From: Candidatus Atabeyarchaeum deiterrae
GTDB taxonomy: Archaea > Asgardarchaeota > Atabeyarchaeia > Atabeyarchaeales > Atabeyarchaeaceae
Direction of reading: 5' to 3'
Assembly (NCBI GenBank): GCA_037310415.1
Contig: CP147780.1
Coordinates: 416,001-480,000 of the forward strand
DNA: 64,000 nt
Position 1 is the stretch's first letter, and every line of letters begins with the position of its first letter. Below the pieces are notes generated by a model. That model was not told the origin of the DNA. It worked only from the letters and a program-made list of their open reading frames with translations, and did no database searches. Positions 20,340 through 31,256 of the stretch are shown one piece after another. The position numbers were made by a program, and so were the translations under genes.

Positions 20340-21059
20340 ATGGGCACGTCAATGCGAGGAGAAAAGTGGCTCGACTTAGGTAATGCTGTAATAGCGAAGC
20401 TGGAAATGAAGGGAAGTAGATTCGAGATCTTAGTCGACCCAGATAAAGCATTAGCTTTCAAAAAGGGTGCGACCATAGACATGCATGATGTCTTGGTCGG
20501 GTACGTAATATTCGAAGATGCGCATAGAGGTAAGAAGGCTTCCGAAGAGAAGTTGAAGGCCACCTTCGAAACCGACGACGTCTTTGCAATCGCAGCACTA
20601 ATCATCAAGAATGGTGAAGTTCAGCTTACTGCCGAACAAAGAAGAAAGGTGATAGAGGATAAGAGGAAACGTATTATTGATATACTAGCTAGAAATTGCT
20701 TGAACCCGCAAACTGGACTTCCTCATCCAGCCACAAGAATCGAGGCGGCCATGGAGCAGGCCAAGGTGTCGATTAACCCTTTCAGAGATGCGGAGGAGCA
20801 GGCCAAGGAGATTGTTCAGGCATTGCAGTCAATCATACCGATAAGGATGGAAACATTGAGAATAGCTGTCAAGGTTCCGTCGCCATACGCGGCAAAGGCG
20901 TACAGTGTAATTGAGAGATTCGGTACTATATCGAAGGATGAGTGGGGCTCTGATGGATCGTGGATTTGTGTAATCGAGATACCGGCGGGTCTCAAAGTGG
21001 AGTTTATGGAGAAAGTTAATGAATTCAGCAAGGGGAAGACTCAGATCAAGACGTTGTAA
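20340..21059 (+). CDS. Ribosome maturation factor SBDS
   Basis: FEILVDP, QLTAEQRR, NPQTGLPHP. Confidence 0.93.
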   Translation: MGTSMRGEKWLDLGNAVIAKLEMKGSRFEILVDPDKALAFKKGATIDMHDVLVGYVIFEDAHRGKKASEEKLKATFETDDVFAIAALIIKNGEVQLTAEQRRKVIEDKRKRIIDILARNCLNPQTGLPHPATRIEAAMEQAKVSINPFRDAEEQAKEIVQALQSIIPIRMETLRIAVKVPSPYAAKAYSVIERFGTISKDEWGSDGSWICVIEIPAGLKVEFMEKVNEFSKGKTQIKTL

Positions 21060-21113
21060 GAAATCCGATTAGTTAGTAATGCCTATGTTAGCAGGTATAC
21101 GGAGGTTGATTCT

Positions 21114-21824
21114 TTGAGCGTTAATTTCGGAAAGCATCAGGTAGTTGTTCCAGGCGAGTTGCTCGCTGTAGGTAGGAAATTCAGGATTGGAACAGGGACA
21201 TTCAGGGAGGGTGAGAATGTTCTTGCTTCCGCAGTGGGGCTTGCTGACTTGAACGGGGATGTGATCGAAGTAATAGCTCTCGAAGGAGGCTATTTCCCGA
21301 AAATAGATGATGATGTTATAGGTAAAATAGTTAACGTCACACTCTCATCATGGAGGGTGGACATTAAATCACCCTATTATGCCACTCTGCAGGCGTCCAA
21401 CTTCCTGAAGAAGAGAACAGACGTGGTCATGGATGATTTGAGAAGATACTTGGACATGGGAGACGCTGTCTTTGCTAAGATCATAGAATTCGACAGAACC
21501 ACAGCGCCTCTATTGACGGCCAAAGAAAAAGGCTTAGGTAAATTGAAAGGAGGAACGATAATCGACGTTATGCCAGCCAAGATCCCACGCCTTATAGGTC
21601 GAAGAGGATCCATGATCAACATGATAATAGAAGAGACCAAGTGCAGAGTACTTGTAGGGCAGAACGGGAGGGTTTGGATCTCAGGCGAAAGGTTTGAGGT
21701 AGAAGATCTTGTCGTGAAGATCATAAGAAGAGTCGAACGCGAAGCTCACACCGCAGGTTTGACTGATCGAATAAGAGATATGATTAGAATTGAAATGGCC
21801 AACAAAGGAGTGTCAAAAAGTTGA
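21114..21824 (+). CDS. rrp4: Exosome RNA-binding subunit Rrp4
   Basis: VVPGE, S1 plus KH domains, [25 protein letters not shown]. Confidence 0.93.
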   Translation: MSVNFGKHQVVVPGELLAVGRKFRIGTGTFREGENVLASAVGLADLNGDVIEVIALEGGYFPKIDDDVIGKIVNVTLSSWRVDIKSPYYATLQASNFLKKRTDVVMDDLRRYLDMGDAVFAKIIEFDRTTAPLLTAKEKGLGKLKGGTIIDVMPAKIPRLIGRRGSMINMIIEETKCRVLVGQNGRVWISGERFEVEDLVVKIIRRVEREAHTAGLTDRIRDMIRIEMANKGVSKS

Positions 21825-22615
21825 TGAGTTTATTGAAACAATCGATACCAACTAGACTTATCGATGATAACGGCATTAGAACTGATGGAAGAAAGCTAGA
21901 TGAGCTCAGACCTATCAAGCTCGAGATAGGCACATTAAAGAGAGCAGACGGCTCGGCCTACATCGAACAAGGAAAGAACAAGATTCTCGTAGCAGTTTAC
22001 GGCCCAAGGGAGCTGCATCCACATCATTTGGCGCTTCCAGACAGATGCCTATTGAGATGTGTCTATCGCATGGCATCCTTCTCCGTTGAAGAAAGAAAAA
22101 GTCCAGCGCCTGGTCGTCGCGAAATAGAATTGTCAAAGGTAATAAGGGAAGCTATCGAACCGGCAGTCTTTCTCGAGGATTTTCCTCGTGCGGGTATCGA
22201 TGTCTATATTCAGATACTTCAGGCGGACGGAGGAACCAGATGCGCCAGCATTACCGCTGCATCACTAGCCTTGGCAGATGCAGGTATTCCAATGCGAGAC
22301 TTGGTTGCCGCTTGTGCTGCCGGTAAAGCAGGAGGTCAAGTAGTTCTTGACATTAATGATGCCGAGGACAAATACGGAAGCGGTGACATGCCTCTTGCTA
22401 TGATGCCGAGAAGAAAAGAAGTGACTCTACTTCAACTTGATGGCATCCTCACACCAGAGGAATTCAAGAAAGCATTTGAGTTCGCGCAGCAAGGATGCCA
22501 ACAGATTTACGAATTGCAGAGAAATGCCATCAAAGACAAATACAAGACTATCCGAGAAGAGGTCTCCGTCGAAGAAAAGAAGGTTACTGAAAAGGAAGGT
22601 GAAACGAAGCAATGA
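21821..22615 (+). CDS. rrp41: Exosome subunit Rrp41
   Basis: RTDGR, VYGPRE, QADGGTR. Confidence 0.95.
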   Translation: MMSLLKQSIPTRLIDDNGIRTDGRKLDELRPIKLEIGTLKRADGSAYIEQGKNKILVAVYGPRELHPHHLALPDRCLLRCVYRMASFSVEERKSPAPGRREIELSKVIREAIEPAVFLEDFPRAGIDVYIQILQADGGTRCASITAASLALADAGIPMRDLVAACAAGKAGGQVVLDINDAEDKYGSGDMPLAMMPRRKEVTLLQLDGILTPEEFKKAFEFAQQGCQQIYELQRNAIKDKYKTIREEVSVEEKKVTEKEGETKQ

Positions 22616-23418
22616 TGGGCGAGAGAATCATAACTGAGATAGAGCGCAACTACATCATGTCCATCGTCGAGAAAGGGAAAAGAATTGACAACAGAGGATT
22701 CGAAGACTATAGAGACATAAAGATAGAAATAGGTCTCATCAAGAAAGCAGAAGGATCTGCCCTGGTAACGTTAGGGGACACAAAGGTGCTGGTAGGCGTC
22801 AAAGCAGATATAGGCGCTCCTTTCCCTGACACACCTGAGAGAGCAGTTCTTACTGTCAACGCTGAGTTCACTGCAGGGGCTTCGCCAACATTTGAACCTG
22901 GCCCTCCTGATGAAGAGGCTATCGAATTAGCTCGCGTGGTGGACAGAGGCATCAGGGAATCTGAGGCAGTCGATTTGCAGAAGCTTTGTCTAATACCTGG
23001 AAAGAAGGTATGGGTCATATTCGTCGATGTATATGTACTTGACCACGGCGGTAATCTAATTGATGCATCTGAGCTAGGTGCCATGGCTTCGCTTCTTACA
23101 ACCCAAATACCAAGAGCAACTGTGCATGGCGATGAGATCAAGCTTGAGAACAAGAGACAAGCACTACCAACGAAGACTAGAGCTGTCTCAGTCACGTTCG
23201 CCAAACTAGGAAAACATATATTTGTCGACCCTTCAGTTGATGAAGAGAATGTCATGGAATGCAGACTAACTCTTGCGACTGATGAGGAAGGACATTTCGT
23301 TGCTGCTCAGAAAGGTGGGACGGGAACATTTAGTCCAGAGCAGATCTTGAAAGCTGTCGAAATCACACAAAGGAAAAGTACAGAGCTGCGCAATTTGCTA
23401 CCTATGCGATCAGACTGA
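22612..23418 (+). CDS. rrp42: Exosome subunit Rrp42
   Basis: [26 protein letters not shown]. Confidence 0.95.
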   Translation: MMGERIITEIERNYIMSIVEKGKRIDNRGFEDYRDIKIEIGLIKKAEGSALVTLGDTKVLVGVKADIGAPFPDTPERAVLTVNAEFTAGASPTFEPGPPDEEAIELARVVDRGIRESEAVDLQKLCLIPGKKVWVIFVDVYVLDHGGNLIDASELGAMASLLTTQIPRATVHGDEIKLENKRQALPTKTRAVSVTFAKLGKHIFVDPSVDEENVMECRLTLATDEEGHFVAAQKGGTGTFSPEQILKAVEITQRKSTELRNLLPMRSD

Positions 23419-23496
23419 GGTCATGAACCCCAACCGGGGTAATGAAAACAGTTACTTGCCTCACAGAAAGCATTGAGAATGGAGATGTGTCTTGAA

Positions 23497-23736
23497 ATGG
23501 GACGTACGAAGAAAGCTGGCACTGCAGGAAGGTTTGGTTCAAGATATGGCGCTACAGTAAGAAAAAGAGTCATGGAGATTGAGACTGAAGAAAAAGCCCT
23601 CCACAAATGCCCCAACTGCGAAACTCTGGCACTCAAGCGCGTTGCAGTAGGGATCTGGGAATGTAAGAAATGCAGGATGAAGTTCGCAGGTGGCGCGTGG
23701 AAACCGTTCCCCATGGAGAAACTACGAAAAGTGTAA
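23497..23736 (+). CDS. rpl37ae: 50S ribosomal protein L37Ae
   Basis: GRFGSRYG, CPNC...GIWECKKC, AGGAW. Confidence 0.94.
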   Translation: MGRTKKAGTAGRFGSRYGATVRKRVMEIETEEKALHKCPNCETLALKRVAVGIWECKKCRMKFAGGAWKPFPMEKLRKV

Positions 23737-23785
23737 GGGTAAAAGTCAGCCAATCTAAGTGCTTTTTCTTTGGGATGAGGGACAA

Positions 23786-24379
23786 GTGATTCTGATCACA
23801 ACATCTCGGCGTCCCTCACCCAGAACACGTTCGCTCTGCAATGATCTGGCTTGGCTATTGCCGGATTCTTTCCGTATTAACCGCGGCAATGCAAGTAGTG
23901 ATGAGCTACTAGTATTGGCCTCAGTCAAACGCGCGAAAACTTTGATCGTGATCGACTCCAAAATGGGAAATCCTAGCGCTATTAGTCTTTATTCGATAGG
24001 TGAAGAGGCAGGAAGGAGTGCCTCCATTAGATTTCGTGTTTCTCAAGTTCGTCTTCAACGTGAAGTCGGGAAAAAGACAGCGAAGATACGCCTATTCAAG
24101 AGACTCGTGGTCAGATTGAGAGAAGGGAGAATGGAAACAGCTACCTTTGCCAGAGTGCTTGCAAGGTTTCTTCAAGGAGAGTTTGCACAGTGCGTATGTG
24201 CAGAGAGATCATACGACATGCCAACGAATGCATGCCTGGTATTGAAAGTGGAGGAAATAGAGGACGAGATTACTCTTAGATTCACTGATATGGATTCCAT
24301 TGTGGAATACGGTCCTCAAATAAAAATCAGGATAAGAGACATCTCAAATCTCAACTTGGAGGGGATTTCGCATGATTAA
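23786..24379 (+). CDS. Brix-domain ribosome biogenesis protein
   Basis: ITTSRRPSPRTR, INRG, GNP motifs; synteny. Confidence 0.8.
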   Translation: MILITTSRRPSPRTRSLCNDLAWLLPDSFRINRGNASSDELLVLASVKRAKTLIVIDSKMGNPSAISLYSIGEEAGRSASIRFRVSQVRLQREVGKKTAKIRLFKRLVVRLREGRMETATFARVLARFLQGEFAQCVCAERSYDMPTNACLVLKVEEIEDEITLRFTDMDSIVEYGPQIKIRIRDISNLNLEGISHD

Positions 24380-24668
24380 ACATCCTGCCATCCAAGCCAT
24401 AAGCGCTGTGATCGAAATAGAAGCGGAGCCGGAGATCCAAAAACTAATCCGTTCGGTACTTTCCCCCGAATTGTCTCAGAGTGTATCTTCAAGGTCCTCA
24501 GTTTCCATCAGCAGCATCAACAACAGACTAAACATTAGGGTTGAAGGGAGGGATTTAAGTAGTTTTAGAGCATCTGCTACCTCAATATTGAGGCTACTTA
24601 GCGTTATAGCCGAGATTCATGAGACCATCGATAATGATTCGCCGCAAGCAAGGAGGTTAGATGTTTGA
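24372..24668 (+). CDS. pcc1: KEOPS subunit Pcc1
   Basis: LSPE...SRS...DLSSFRA..SILR; synteny. Confidence 0.78.
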   Translation: MIKHPAIQAISAVIEIEAEPEIQKLIRSVLSPELSQSVSSRSSVSISSINNRLNIRVEGRDLSSFRASATSILRLLSVIAEIHETIDNDSPQARRLDV

Positions 24669-25030
24669 GCCAAGAAATACCGCCTCAGTTGCAGCAGGAA
24701 CTTGTCATGCGAGAACAGATAAGACAGAAGCTAATTGAATTGCTTGAACGAAAGCAACAGTTCGATATCCTGCTTCACGAAACAGAGGGCGCACTCTCAG
24801 AACTCGAGAAAGCAGACGCTAATACGGCCATCTACAAGAGTGCAGGACCGCTCCTTATTCGTACTGAAAAAGATAAAGCCAAACAAGAGTTGAGTGAGCA
24901 CAAGGAGACTCTTACAATCCAGATAAAAACCCTAGAAAAGCAAGAAGATAGGACAAGGAAACAACTCGAAGAGAAGGATGCTAAGCTGCAGAACGAATTG
25001 AAAACACGTGGCATACTTAGTTCTCCATAA
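24665..25030 (+). CDS. pfdB: Prefoldin beta subunit
   Basis: Coiled coils around IYKSAGPLLI hairpin. Confidence 0.9.
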   Translation: MSQEIPPQLQQELVMREQIRQKLIELLERKQQFDILLHETEGALSELEKADANTAIYKSAGPLLIRTEKDKAKQELSEHKETLTIQIKTLEKQEDRTRKQLEEKDAKLQNELKTRGILSSP

Positions 25031-25088
25031 ACAACAACATGAGCGCACAGCACTTAACCCCTTCCGAGCTGTCGAAGGTGGGAGTAGC

Positions 25089-25358
25089 TTGCTAACTGAA
25101 GATCAGATTGAAAAACTGGTCAAAGCTGGCGAGAGCGCGGCGCGCGTGTATATCACATCAAAATTACATAGACATGAAATCGAGGATCTTGACATAACAG
25201 TGGAAGTCGAAGTCAATGATGACTTGGCAATTAGCGTCGAAGTCAATGTTGATTCGCTTCCGAGTAGGGAAAACTGCCAAGAGCTAGTCGACGGAGCGGT
25301 TGAAGCTGCACATGCAGCCATTAAACAAGAGTTAGATAAATCCAGATCTCGGAGCTAG
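25089..25358 (+). CDS. DUF3194-like protein
   Basis: LT.DQIE..., DLDITVEV; usual position after pfdB. Confidence 0.65.
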   Translation: MLTEDQIEKLVKAGESAARVYITSKLHRHEIEDLDITVEVEVNDDLAISVEVNVDSLPSRENCQELVDGAVEAAHAAIKQELDKSRSRS

Positions 25359-25418
25359 GGGTTAGTCGCGTACCGCGCTTAGTCAAAATCTCCAGTCGTT
25401 CGTGGATGATGAGAGTAT

Positions 25419-26429
25419 ATGAAATTCTGGGAGGAGATCGTAAGTCTCTTCGAAAGGAGAAATGTAAGAAGCGTAGTAGTTCTTTGTCATAGTAACGCTG
25501 ATCCTGATGCTGTGAGTAGCGCCCTAAGCTTGAGGGCACTAATTCACCAACTTTGTGCCACCATTGTTCGAGTCGAAGTAGTGGCCGAAGGAGTAAGTGA
25601 AGCATCAAGTAGGTTGATTGAAGCTTTTGCCGATATCGAAGTGAATGATGAGATCAATGGTGAACCTGATGCCTTTATCTTGGTTGATGCTAATAACGTT
25701 GAACATGTTGGGAAATTCAAGTACATGATTCGGGAAAGCGAAAAGCCTCTCATAGTAATCGACCACCATGTTGCTCAAAGTTCTATCTTCAAGAAAACGG
25801 CTATCACGTACATCGATGAAGATGCTTCATCAACTGCTGAGATCATATCCTTACTGAATGAATCTGTAGGCAGACGTCCCTCAGTAATCGAAGCAACCAT
25901 TCTGCTGATTGGGGTCATCTATGACTCAAAACGCTTCTTGATTCTTGGCAGAAACACATTTCACGCCGCAAACTTTCTTATTACTGCTGGCGCAGATTAT
26001 GATCGCGCTCTCTTGGTTCTGAGTTATCCGATTGGAAGATCGGAAAGAATAGCCCGCCTGAAAGCGGCTCAAAGGACAAGATTGCTTGAATCGAACGGAT
26101 GGATAATCGCTTCGTCAATTGTCAGCTCTTTTGAAGCTAGCGCCTGTAGAGGTCTCATTGAGTTGGGAGCAGACGCAGCAATAGTATCGTCTGACAGAAG
26201 AGACGAGAAAAGGATAAGCACCAGATCAACCAAGGCCTTCCACGATAGGACTGGAATTAACCTGGCCAAAATAATGGAAAAAGTTGGTGAAGAACTAAAC
26301 GGGAGTGGCGGGGGGCATGCAACTGCAGCGACGGTTTCAGGGATTAGTGACATTGAGAAAGGGGAAAGATTAACTGTCAAATACATTGAAGAATGTGTGC
26401 GAAAAGGAAAAGTAGAATCAATGAAATGA
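25419..26429 (+). CDS. DHH/DHHA1 phosphoesterase
   Basis: HSNADPDA, IDHH, GGGH. Confidence 0.88.
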   Translation: MKFWEEIVSLFERRNVRSVVVLCHSNADPDAVSSALSLRALIHQLCATIVRVEVVAEGVSEASSRLIEAFADIEVNDEINGEPDAFILVDANNVEHVGKFKYMIRESEKPLIVIDHHVAQSSIFKKTAITYIDEDASSTAEIISLLNESVGRRPSVIEATILLIGVIYDSKRFLILGRNTFHAANFLITAGADYDRALLVLSYPIGRSERIARLKAAQRTRLLESNGWIIASSIVSSFEASACRGLIELGADAAIVSSDRRDEKRISTRSTKAFHDRTGINLAKIMEKVGEELNGSGGGHATAATVSGISDIEKGERLTVKYIEECVRKGKVESMK

Positions 26430-26513
26430 AACTGCTGTCTTGTCGCATCCATTAGGACAACTCTAGGGACGTTGAAGCGGTAAGCTGCATTGTGAGCGAG
26501 AGGATGACCCAGT

Positions 26514-27344
26514 ATGACAACAATAGTTTGCTCAGAGAACTTGGCATTTGCCTACTCGGGAGTCAGAAGACCTGCTATTAAAAACATTAACCTACAGATT
26601 GAGAAAGGGGAGTATGTCGTAGTGACTGGTCCGACAGGATGTGGAAAAACAACCTTATGCAGATGTTTCAACGGACTCATACCTCACTTTCACCAAGGGA
26701 GGATGACAGGCAGGGTAACGATTAACGGCATCGACACACTTGAGAGGAAAGTTTCAGACCTATCCCAAACGGTCGGACTTGTTTTTCAGGATCCTGAGAA
26801 TCAACTGGTCGCTCTTAATGTTGAAAGAGAACTTGCCTTTGCCCCCGAGAATCTTGGACTTCCTGTAGAGGAAGTCAAAGCGAGAGTTGAGGAAGCAGTA
26901 GAGTTGGTCGGATTAGAACGTCTGAGGTCAAAGGCGCCTTATGAGCTTTCAGGAGGAGAACAGCAGAGGGTTGCTATCGCCTCTGTCTTAACTCTTAGAC
27001 CAAGTCTTTTGGTACTAGACGAACCAACTTCCAATTTGGATCCCGTTGGCGCCAAAAGAGTTCTGAGTCTACTCGGAGACATAAATAAGAACCGCAAGAT
27101 AACAATCATACTCATCGAACATAGACTTGATTTGGTGGCCTCCTATGCAAACAGAATCTTGATAATGAATAGGGGAGAGATCGTAGTCGAAGGGGAGCCA
27201 CGCGTAGTGCTTTCAAATGATTATGTTGAAGAACTGGGTGTTGGTATCCCAAAGATCCTCAAACTCTTCAAGAATCTTCAGATCGAATCGAGAGAACGTG
27301 GTCTTCCGTTGACTCCTGAAGAAGCTGTTGATCTATTAACATGA
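26514..27344 (+). CDS. ECF transporter ATPase (A component)
   Basis: GPTGCGKT, FQDPENQ, LSGGEQQR, LDEP. Confidence 0.9.
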   Translation: MTTIVCSENLAFAYSGVRRPAIKNINLQIEKGEYVVVTGPTGCGKTTLCRCFNGLIPHFHQGRMTGRVTINGIDTLERKVSDLSQTVGLVFQDPENQLVALNVERELAFAPENLGLPVEEVKARVEEAVELVGLERLRSKAPYELSGGEQQRVAIASVLTLRPSLLVLDEPTSNLDPVGAKRVLSLLGDINKNRKITIILIEHRLDLVASYANRILIMNRGEIVVEGEPRVVLSNDYVEELGVGIPKILKLFKNLQIESRERGLPLTPEEAVDLLT

Positions 27345-27350
27345 AAGAGG

Positions 27351-28187
27351 TTGGATTCCGTGATCACGGTGGAAGAGATTTGGTTTACTTATCAGGATGG
27401 ACCAACTGCTTTGAGAGGGGTCTCCGTAGGGATCAGAGATGGAGAGCTTGTCGCTATCATGGGTGAGAACGGTGCCGGCAAAACTACACTAGTCAAACAC
27501 TTCAACGGACTCCTGAAGGCTCAGAGAGGAAGGGTCGTGGTCAATGGATTGGATACTCGTAGAGCTACAATTGCTCAACTTGCTCGGGAAGTTGGATTTG
27601 TTTTTCAAAATGCTGATCATCAGCTGTTTTCTGAGACAGTCTACTCTGAAGTGTCATTTGCGCTTAGAAACCTAGATTTTCCTAAGAAGGAACTGCGGAG
27701 AAGAGTTCAGAATGTTCTCCGTTCCCTGGATTTAGAGAAGTACAGTGGATCGTCACCTTTCTCACTCAGTGGAGGTGAAAGGAAGAGAGTAGCCCTGGCG
27801 TCGACCCTTTGCTTCGATCCAAAGATCCTAGTCTTGGACGAACCCACCATCGGGCAGGATGCTTCTCAGAAGAAGAAGCTGGGAGAGCTAATCCGAACAA
27901 TGAATCTTGAAGGAAAGACTGTGATAGTGGTAACACACGACGTTGAATTTGCTGTAGAGTACTTGAATAGGATCATAGCAATGGCAAAGGGCGAGATAAT
28001 CGCAGATGGATCTTCGAAGAGAGTCCTAACAAATCACCGTGTACTGAATGAATGTGCACTACTGGCTCCGCAGATGACACAGCTTGCTGGCAAGATATCC
28101 GAACGAGTCAATGGTTTTCCAACAGATATCATAACTGTGGATGAAGCAACCTTGGCAATAAGAGAATTTCTTCGGGGGCAGCAATAG
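27351..28187 (+). CDS. ECF transporter ATPase (A' component)
   Basis: GENGAGKT, LSGGERKR, LDEP. Confidence 0.9.
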   Translation: MDSVITVEEIWFTYQDGPTALRGVSVGIRDGELVAIMGENGAGKTTLVKHFNGLLKAQRGRVVVNGLDTRRATIAQLAREVGFVFQNADHQLFSETVYSEVSFALRNLDFPKKELRRRVQNVLRSLDLEKYSGSSPFSLSGGERKRVALASTLCFDPKILVLDEPTIGQDASQKKKLGELIRTMNLEGKTVIVVTHDVEFAVEYLNRIIAMAKGEIIADGSSKRVLTNHRVLNECALLAPQMTQLAGKISERVNGFPTDIITVDEATLAIREFLRGQQ

Positions 28188-28191
28188 AGAA

Positions 28192-28962
28192 GTGTCGATA
28201 TTCCAGGCTTTCAAGTTCAAGAAAAAAGATACCGTGATCCATAGACTTGATCCAAGGACGAAGCTTTACACAGCCATCATGTTATTCGTCTTGAGTTTCA
28301 TATTTGGTGAAGTTGTTCTTCTGTCATTGATCTTATTGTTCTCAATGTTGCTGCTTGCGACGGCGAGGTCACTCGGCCAGTGGTTCAAGACCTTAAGAGG
28401 ACTGTCATTTCTACTGATATTCATAGTTGTTGTTAATACCTTACTCGTCAATACACCCTTTGCGCTTGGCAATGCCATGACCATGGTTATAAGGCTGCTA
28501 GATATAATGGCAAGCTTCTCAATATTCTTTCTTACCGTTCATCCAGATGACTTGGCTCAGGCTCTAATCCAACTTCATGTGCCATTTGATTTTGCATTTA
28601 CTCTTTCGATGGCAACACGCTATGTGCCGACTTTGGCTCAGGAAACTCAAACGATAATGGATGCCCAGATGTCACGAGGATTAGAACTACAGAAAGGGAA
28701 TGTGATTAGACGAATAAGGAATTACATTCCAATCTTGATACCTTTGATAGTTAGCTCCATTCGCCGCGCGATGTCGATTGCAGAAAGTCTGGAGTCCCGT
28801 GCTTTCGGCTCCACAAAGAATCGAACCTACTTGTATCGACTCAGAATGGCTAAGAAGGATTACTTTGTGGTACTTATGATGACTTTGGCGATTGCTCTGA
28901 GCATATACCTCAAGTTCTTTGGAGGACTTCCTCTATGGACCAGATGGCAGATCCCACTGTAG
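28192..28962 (+). CDS. ECF transporter transmembrane component EcfT
   Basis: LDPRTK, AQMSRG, ESRAF motifs. Confidence 0.9.
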   Translation: MSIFQAFKFKKKDTVIHRLDPRTKLYTAIMLFVLSFIFGEVVLLSLILLFSMLLLATARSLGQWFKTLRGLSFLLIFIVVVNTLLVNTPFALGNAMTMVIRLLDIMASFSIFFLTVHPDDLAQALIQLHVPFDFAFTLSMATRYVPTLAQETQTIMDAQMSRGLELQKGNVIRRIRNYIPILIPLIVSSIRRAMSIAESLESRAFGSTKNRTYLYRLRMAKKDYFVVLMMTLAIALSIYLKFFGGLPLWTRWQIPL

Positions 28963-29109
28963 TCTTATCACAGGAAATTGTCAAATTGTGCCCCATGAGA
29001 ATGCTGGTCGGGCGAGTAGCATACTGCTGTAATGCGAATAACTTACACTGTTAGTATTTGTTATGAATATCTTTAGTGTGAAATGCATGATTTATGAGCA
29101 GGTGTCCTC

Positions 29110-29691
29110 ATGAAGATCGTGCGCCTATCATGGGAAGATATTGAACGGGCGTGCAGAATTGTTGCAAGGAAAATGTTAAGGAGCAATTTCACACCAGACC
29201 TGTGTGTCGCGATCAGCAGAGGTGGCTTTCCTCCCGCTCGAATTCTGTGCGATCTTCTTAGTATAAACAACTTGGCTTCTATCAAGATTGAGAACTATTC
29301 CAACATTGATGAGCGCCTAGTGACCCCAAGGTTGGTGTATCCACTGAGCGCTGATACCAAGGGCAAGAGAGTCCTGATTATTGATGATGTAGCTGACCGT
29401 GGTGACAGTTTGATCTTGGCGAGAAAGCATGTTGTTGAGTTGGGCGCGAGAGAGGTAAGGGTAGCGACCCTTCACTACAAACCATGGAGCAAGATCAAGC
29501 CAGACTACTATGCACTAGAGTATAGGAGTTGGATAGTTTATCCTTGGGAAATAACTGAAACTGTTAGGAAGCTTGTCTTGAGATTACTTAAAGAGGGAAA
29601 AAGTATGGATGAGATAAAGAGGAGGTTGCTCAAGCTCAAGATCACCGATACTGAAATCAGCAAGTATGTTAGAGAGTTGGGGCAAAATTGA
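29110..29691 (+). CDS. Purine phosphoribosyltransferase family protein
   Basis: AISRGG, VLIIDDVADRGDS, WIVYPWE. Confidence 0.88.
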   Translation: MKIVRLSWEDIERACRIVARKMLRSNFTPDLCVAISRGGFPPARILCDLLSINNLASIKIENYSNIDERLVTPRLVYPLSADTKGKRVLIIDDVADRGDSLILARKHVVELGAREVRVATLHYKPWSKIKPDYYALEYRSWIVYPWEITETVRKLVLRLLKEGKSMDEIKRRLLKLKITDTEISKYVRELGQN

Positions 29692-29727
29692 CCTAATCGG
29701 GCAACAATAACCCAGAGGATCAATAAC

Positions 29728-30333
29728 TTGAAGCAATTCACAATAGATTTCGATGGGAAGGAGTCTTTGAAGCATTATGTGAGCATTTGTGGTTTCAGGG
29801 GATGTCATGCGCAGAAAGACATAGGGAAGCTGATTGGCAGGATGAAGATGATTGAGCGTGATGAGGAATTATCGGCTCTGCAACTTTTCGATGCTGATAG
29901 AATAGCTACTCATCTTCACCTTTTGGTGAGTGTTTTCTGCGCACTTCATGCTTTCAGGTTCTCGAAGAACATATCGAAGACGATAGGCACCGAGACTCTA
30001 CTTTATGCTTCGGCCCAACGGCAAATAATCGATGCAATAGACAAGGTAGGCGTTCAGTTACTTTCCCATAACATTGCAGTCGTCGCAGTAAGCCAGGGAC
30101 ACGAGAACATGGTCGCGCTGATGCGAAAAGTGAACCAAAATCTTGGAGGAGAAATGGATGATAGTGTACTTGATGTAGCTGAGCAAGGAAAAGCAGAAAT
30201 CGTCAAGAAAACGTTTGGATTAACTGAAGTAGAAATAGAAGCCGCGAGAATTGGCACCAATAGGAAGGACATTGAATCGACAATCCGTAATAGGGTAGTA
30301 AGCAAGATATCGGTTATGGGGATTTCCAAGTGA
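29728..30333 (+). CDS. cgi121: KEOPS subunit Cgi121
   Basis: QLFDADRI...HL, ETLLYASAQRQI.DAI. Confidence 0.85.
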   Translation: MKQFTIDFDGKESLKHYVSICGFRGCHAQKDIGKLIGRMKMIERDEELSALQLFDADRIATHLHLLVSVFCALHAFRFSKNISKTIGTETLLYASAQRQIIDAIDKVGVQLLSHNIAVVAVSQGHENMVALMRKVNQNLGGEMDDSVLDVAEQGKAEIVKKTFGLTEVEIEAARIGTNRKDIESTIRNRVVSKISVMGISK

Positions 30334-30374
30334 TGAAAGGCTTTGTCAACAAGTTTCTACGACCATTGTCTCTC

Positions 30375-30902
30375 CTATTTGCACAGTGAAAGAGTATCAC
30401 TAGGTCCTAACACTGAAAGACCAGTCCATTCCCCAACTACTTCAACTTGAAGAACTTTCTTGGGCTTCTCTAGATCAACTTTTCTATCTATTATCGCCGC
30501 AACTGACTTTATTATGTCCGTGCAGTGCAACTGAGAATGTCTCTTGTTGCAGGTTATTCTGAAAGTGTCATCCTCCAATATACAGTGAACAATCCCTCCT
30601 GATGCTTCGACAATTCGATTCATTTCCGTTGGCACGACTACGTCGAGCGGAACATATTTCAAAGTGTACTGAAAACGCCAAGGATCATCAATTGCAAGAG
30701 TTCTCAGTTTTCCAATCACTGTCCGAGGTTCTAGAGAACTCCTGGCGGCAATCAGACTCCTCACCCCAGTAAGGGCGACTTCGACCAAACTATCGCCTAT
30801 CGTGCTGCCTATAAGATCTTCAGCCTCCATCACGGCGTTTCGTTCCCTGTCTCGGATGCATGAAATAAGCAGATTATAATCTATTTCATCCAATGGCATC
30901 AT
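30375..30902 (-). CDS. THUMP-domain RNA-binding protein
   Basis: TFRITCNKR, VDLEKP, QVEVVG. Confidence 0.82.
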   Translation of the reverse strand: MMPLDEIDYNLLISCIRDRERNAVMEAEDLIGSTIGDSLVEVALTGVRSLIAARSSLEPRTVIGKLRTLAIDDPWRFQYTLKYVPLDVVVPTEMNRIVEASGGIVHCILEDDTFRITCNKRHSQLHCTDIIKSVAAIIDRKVDLEKPKKVLQVEVVGEWTGLSVLGPSDTLSLCK

Positions 30903-31055
30903 AAGCAGGAATCACCATTTGCCAGCAATCAGACCAACTTGAAAACCAGATAACTGAGCATCCTAAGAGTGCTAATCTGGGCGACGTGAGATCATTGACA
31001 AAGGATTCTTCCATGAAAACTGAATCGGGTCACCAAAAAGGAACTGATCCCTGTT

Positions 31056-31199
31056 CTATTTTGATTTGACCTTCTTTACTATCGGGGGCCTTGTTTTGTA
31101 AAGAACACGGTATCCGCAGAACGGGCATTTCACCCCTGGAAGAGATTCGAGACCCTGCAATGAAACTGCCTTCCCACACTTGCCACAAGCGTACGGCAT
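31056..31199 (-). CDS. rpoP: RNA polymerase subunit P (Rpo12), below the ORF-track size cutoff
   Basis: Manual translation MPYACGKCGKAVSLQGLESLPGVKCPFCGYRVLYKTRPPIVKKVKSK; GGTGA SD. Confidence 0.92.
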   Translation of the reverse strand: MPYACGKCGKAVSLQGLESLPGVKCPFCGYRVLYKTRPPIVKKVKSK

Positions 31200-31256
31200 G
31201 TCGATCACCCTAAATTCTCTGAATCGGTTAGACTTCCTACTAAGGCAGGTGGCTGA